Positions 16,605 through 20,000 of a stretch of DNA of 20,000 bases are shown here, piece after piece. The stretch is from an uncultured virus (IMG/VR IMGVR_UViG_3300025769_000089). Lineage: Duplodnaviria; Heunggongvirae; Uroviricota; Caudoviricetes. The notes beneath the pieces were generated by a model, which saw nothing but the letters and a program-made list of their open reading frames with translations, was not told where the DNA came from and searched no databases. The first letter of the stretch is position 1. Each line of letters begins with the position of its first letter. Location: IMG/VR virus record IMGVR_UViG_3300025769_000089, one strand, 5' to 3'. The translations under genes and the position numbers were made by a program.

Positions 16605-17911
16605 CACAATCCCTCCGCCCAACTTATGACCGTATCTCTGTCTACTCCCCACTCTCGGAGAGACTCCTCACCTTTTGATGTTCCGTCTCTGTTGGAGAAC
16701 TGAACAAATCGCTTTAATTCAGTTTTTCTTACAGGGTCTTTCTCACCTATGAAAGCCATAACAGCCTTTGCCTGCCTTTCTTTCATCTGTAAATGTGGAG
16801 TGATTTTGTCCAGTAATTTAGTCAAATCATCTTTGGAGTAGAAACTAACACGGTGCTGACTCCGCTGACTGTCGTTGTACACTTTTTGGTCAACCTGTAA
16901 TACACCAGCGCCTATGTTCTTGTGCAGTTGTTCACAATGCAATTTGCCTCTGTCACCAGTGGCAATGAAACCAGCCCTAGGCTCGCCCCTTTCTGTAATA
17001 GTAATGTAGCCATCAGCATCGAGAAAACCTGCGGCATAAGCCCAAGGGTCCTTGATTATCAGACCTTCCTTAGACAAACACATGTATTCGCCTTTTCTAT
17101 GAGCCTTGACGATGTTTATCTCTTCACCATACATGTTGAGTAGTTTGGATAGTCTATTAGAATTAAGCCGAGGTACGCCCTTTTCAATGAGGTTTTCAGT
17201 GATTGCTCTGGCTGACATAGAACCGTGGTTTGTGATTTCTTCCTTTGCTAATCTCATCCATTTCTGTTGTTCTTTGGAAAGGTTGTCGATTTGATGTAAT
17301 GCGTTCTTCCACATTTTACGAGCATCTTGTTTCATTTCCATAGCGTTGACCCAAGCAAACTTTTCCTCTTCGCCCCAGACATCCTCAAACTCATCTAACT
17401 TAGCAAGTGCATCTTCTGCTGCTGCCCAAGAATTGCAGGCTCTTACTAAACTACTTTTGCGAGTTTCGCCAAACAACCTTAGTGACTTCAAATCCTTTTC
17501 ACTCACTCCTAGTTTTCTTATGTCGTCTTCATATTCTGAGCCCCAGCCGAGTTGCTTGATGGTAGCGTCTACCTCCATGCTTTTGATTTTACGAACATTG
17601 TCTATAATATCGTCAATCTCATCACGATGTTCTTTGAATACCCTTCGGGCCTTTCTAAGTTCCTTAACAATCTCAGAAGCGCTTTTGCCAAGCCTGTCCT
17701 CAAACCAGCCTTCACCAGTAATGCAAAATGGTGCATATACAGTCTCAGGTACATTTTCTGTAGTAAACACTACTGTCTGTGACGCAATTGACTTAGCAAT
17801 ACTGTCATCGACATGGGGATGAGTCGTCAAACTTGATGCAATGATGTTCAAGGTATCGTGACCCATGTCAACAGATTTAGTAAAGTTTCCAATTCCTAGA
17901 CTCGGCCACAT
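16604..17911 (-). CDS. LAGLIDADG endonuclease-domain protein with ~290-aa N-terminal helical/wHTH extension
   Basis: Single motif 'WAYAAGFLDADGYITI' (17009-17038) followed by an I-CreI-like domain ('LTKLLDKITPHLQMKERQAKAV'). Likely start ATG 17911. Confidence 0.85.
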   Translation of the reverse strand: MWPSLGIGNFTKSVDMGHDTLNIIASSLTTHPHVDDSIAKSIASQTVVFTTENVPETVYAPFCITGEGWFEDRLGKSASEIVKELRKARRVFKEHRDEIDDIIDNVRKIKSMEVDATIKQLGWGSEYEDDIRKLGVSEKDLKSLRLFGETRKSSLVRACNSWAAAEDALAKLDEFEDVWGEEEKFAWVNAMEMKQDARKMWKNALHQIDNLSKEQQKWMRLAKEEITNHGSMSARAITENLIEKGVPRLNSNRLSKLLNMYGEEINIVKAHRKGEYMCLSKEGLIIKDPWAYAAGFLDADGYITITERGEPRAGFIATGDRGKLHCEQLHKNIGAGVLQVDQKVYNDSQRSQHRVSFYSKDDLTKLLDKITPHLQMKERQAKAVMAFIGEKDPVRKTELKRFVQFSNRDGTSKGEESLREWGVDRDTVISWAEGL

Positions 17912-17930
17912 ATTTATCTCCACTTTTTGG

Positions 17931-17940
17931 TATAATATAA
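17931..17940 (-). promoter_or_regulatory. Putative TATA box for the LAGLIDADG-portal transcript
   Basis: TTATATTATA on the minus strand in the AT-rich gap after the terminase stop, 20-29 nt upstream of ATG 17911. Confidence 0.45.
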
Positions 17941-17947
17941 TTCTTTA

Positions 17948-19429
17948 TCAGATTGTGAACCAACTAGCCCTCGTTGCTCTATTCGGTGACACATCACCGA
18001 ACCACTCATCAAACCCTTCAAGATAATCATCGAGTGCGATGATAGAGCCTCTGAACTCTTTAGTAGCCCAGTTAGCCAAGGCCAAACTCATAGCCAAGTC
18101 ATCGTGACTACCTACAGACTCTAGTCTGCCATTCTTCTGCATACCAAATCTACTGAGTTGTGTTTCGAGAGTGCGAGTGAACTCTTTGCTCTTTTCATCA
18201 CCCCAAGGTGTTTTGATTTGACCTTGTTCAAAAGCCATCAGTAAAGACATAAACATGCTTTCTTTCTTTTGCCTTGTAGTCATGAATGTCTTGATTGGTA
18301 TATCGCCTCGCATATCCTGCAACTCAGCCGCAAACATACGCTGGAAGTTATTACCTTCGAGTTCAATTAGGTCAGGTTGGAATCTGTTGTTGAGTAGGAT
18401 GACCTGTCTTTTCTGTGCAGCACCACTCAGCCCTTTCTGATTAAGTACATGCACCAGTTGCTTTTCCTCACTACCCGGCAACACTCTAAGTACACTCATA
18501 GCAGTGTAGTCAGCGTTAGAATCAGATGCAATCGCTGGGTCCCAGCCTACAAAGTGCTGACCAAATACTCCAGCAGATTGTCCATTTTCATCAAACTCTT
18601 CTTCTGCTTTGTCAAGTAGTACCAAGTTTTTGTCTCTGGCTTTCTCTAGTAGAGTCATCGGGAACATACTTGACATATCGTGGATAGGTTCACACAGATA
18701 TTCACGAGCGAATTTAATCGCTGGCATAGAATCTTCTCGTACTTTCAAAGCATCAAGTGGCCATCGAGTAGGCCAAAGTGGTTCGCCATTAGGTAAGATA
18801 GCCGGGTAGGTTTCAACTCTGAATGCCTTTTTATCTTCTAACTCAGCGTACAAATCGTTGTAACTAAACGGTGTACCGACCATCATCAGTCTACCTGTGT
18901 GGTGCAAAACCGGAAGTAGAACCGTATAGAACCAGTCGGCTGCTCTCTGTAACTCAGAACTGGTAGTACCCCAAAGAATATCGTCACATACTACTACATC
19001 AGGGTGGAAACCACGAGTAGCACCACCAACCGACTTAGCCATCATACGGCTACCGTTAGTGAACTCAAAGTAAGATTTAGCCCAAGGCTTACCTGTTGGC
19101 TTCAAACCTTTTAGAATGTCAGCGCTTTCTATGTTATTTCGGATAAACCGCATGTGTTCAAGCGTCTGCTCAAGGCTGTGACTGAATATCATGATGTGAG
19201 TATTTGGTTTGAAAGCGGCCAACCAAAGTGCATAGGACATAAAGAATACAGATTTACCGTGGTCACGGCTCGCTTTAACGCAGTATCTTCGACTTTCATT
19301 GAGACCTTTCAACCAGTCTTCGTGGTGGTCAGAGAACTCGAATTCAAGGATTTCAGTAAAGAAGTACTCGAATGACTTGCGGGACATTTCCACATCCATG
19401 TCCCTGACCAGTTCATCGATACCCTCCAC
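17948..19429 (-). CDS. terL: Terminase large subunit
   Basis: Walker A 'ASRDHGKS', 'ATRGFHPDVVVCDDI' Walker B, motif III 'MVGTPF', RNase H-like nuclease 'VGWDPA' and 'HDDLAMSLALA'. Confidence 0.95.
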   Translation of the reverse strand: MEGIDELVRDMDVEMSRKSFEYFFTEILEFEFSDHHEDWLKGLNESRRYCVKASRDHGKSVFFMSYALWLAAFKPNTHIMIFSHSLEQTLEHMRFIRNNIESADILKGLKPTGKPWAKSYFEFTNGSRMMAKSVGGATRGFHPDVVVCDDILWGTTSSELQRAADWFYTVLLPVLHHTGRLMMVGTPFSYNDLYAELEDKKAFRVETYPAILPNGEPLWPTRWPLDALKVREDSMPAIKFAREYLCEPIHDMSSMFPMTLLEKARDKNLVLLDKAEEEFDENGQSAGVFGQHFVGWDPAIASDSNADYTAMSVLRVLPGSEEKQLVHVLNQKGLSGAAQKRQVILLNNRFQPDLIELEGNNFQRMFAAELQDMRGDIPIKTFMTTRQKKESMFMSLLMAFEQGQIKTPWGDEKSKEFTRTLETQLSRFGMQKNGRLESVGSHDDLAMSLALANWATKEFRGSIIALDDYLEGFDEWFGDVSPNRATRASWFTI

Positions 19430-19435
19430 ATTCCA

Positions 19436-19999
19436 TCACTCCACTTTTACCTGTCCACTAAGAGACCTTTCAATATTTCTTCGTTGTTCCGGTGTCACAT
19501 TTTTAGGGTCTAATTTAGAAGCCTCGCCTTCGGGGGTCGAAGGGGCTGGATATTCGTTGTCGCTAACTTCATTTTCAGTGTCTCCGTCTACATCTTCTGG
19601 TCTTACCTGTTGATTTAACTCTCCAGCGGCGGTTAGTTCAGGGTCGGAAGGAGGAGTTACTTTTTGTGTAAATGGTAACTCTTGCATTCGGTTAGTCGCC
19701 TCTTGAACTGGGTCACCTTGCGGCACATTTACCCTAGTTGCATCTCTAAACATTGCAGACTGGCTTGCGAATTCTTCTGGACTACCCCTAAACCCTCCAC
19801 CTTGAACACCCTCAAAAATCGCTCTTGCCGCAGCATTGAAGGCTTTGTCTTCTTCACCCATCTGACCTCCGTAAGCCCTAGCATGTGCTTCTCTTGCCAT
19901 CTCCTCTTGTCTAGCCCTTTGCTTATCCTCAGACTGTCTTACGGCAACTCCTCTTAGATACGCTCTTCTTTGGTCGGCTATCGGTTTATCTCTGAATCC
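19436..19999 (-). CDS. Hypothetical protein, C-terminal part only
   Basis: The frame stays open upstream of the track's ATG 19900 to the window edge (GFRDKPIADQRRAYLRGVAVRQSEDKQRARQEEM...), so the true start is probably outside the window. Acidic, disordered C-terminus. Confidence 0.65.
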   Translation of the reverse strand, partial: GFRDKPIADQRRAYLRGVAVRQSEDKQRARQEEMAREAHARAYGGQMGEEDKAFNAAARAIFEGVQGGGFRGSPEEFASQSAMFRDATRVNVPQGDPVQEATNRMQELPFTQKVTPPSDPELTAAGELNQQVRPEDVDGDTENEVSDNEYPAPSTPEGEASKLDPKNVTPEQRRNIERSLSGQVKVE

Positions 20000-20000
20000 A

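Noticed and set aside
16605..16652. Track's longer portal N-terminus (MGSRQRYGHKLGGGIV)
   Set aside because: It overlaps the LAGLIDADG gene by about 49 nt; ATG 16604 has a GGAGG SD and a TGATG coupling, so it is the better start.
16604..17923. LAGLIDADG ORF as part of an intein or group I intron splitting terminase or portal
   Set aside because: The terminase ends with a complete nuclease motif and stop, the portal is complete from ATG 16604, no intein splice motifs are present, and there is no non-coding room for a ribozyme.
467..19957. All plus-strand ORFs in the track (e.g. 880..1230, 7202..7657, 17346..17822)
   Set aside because: They are antisense shadows of long, motif-bearing minus-strand genes, with Ser/Leu/Phe-rich composition typical of reverse-frame translation and no recognisable motifs.
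19436..20000. Upstream ORF as terminase small subunit
   Set aside because: Position fits, but only the disordered C-terminal part is visible and shows no HTH or other supporting motif; left as hypothetical.
1..20000. CRISPR arrays, tRNA/rRNA genes, integrase or att sites
   Set aside because: The window is almost entirely coding with gaps under 50 nt; no repeat-spacer pattern, cloverleaf or recombinase motif was seen.

Overview
The window is the virion-morphogenesis module of a tailed (Caudoviricetes, HK97-fold) archaeal virus, most likely a magrovirus infecting Marine Group II Poseidoniales. This host call is inferred from GGTGA/GGAGG Shine-Dalgarno sites, TATA-like boxes before apparently leaderless genes, moderate GC and gene order. 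All real genes lie on the minus strand and are tightly coupled. In transcription order: partial unknown ORF, terminase large subunit, LAGLIDADG-domain protein with a long N-terminal extension, portal with two Zn-ribbon insertions and a P/G/M/Q tail, three small head-associated proteins, a 1850-aa protein ending in a catalytically degenerate ATP-dependent DNA ligase module, prohead protease with a nested scaffold, major capsid protein, small capsid/neck proteins (including a 57-aa ORF missed by the track), head-tail adaptor, tail terminator-like protein and a partial tail-tube-like protein. The most interesting signals are (i) the dead ligase module embedded in the head cluster, (ii) recurring hydrophobic-hydrophobic-Lys-small/acidic motifs at domain borders, suggesting protease-processed capsid cargo including the nuclease and ligase domains, and (iii) a scaffold C-terminal motif duplicated in a separate small gene. 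All functional calls come from motif recognition by eye; no database searches were run.
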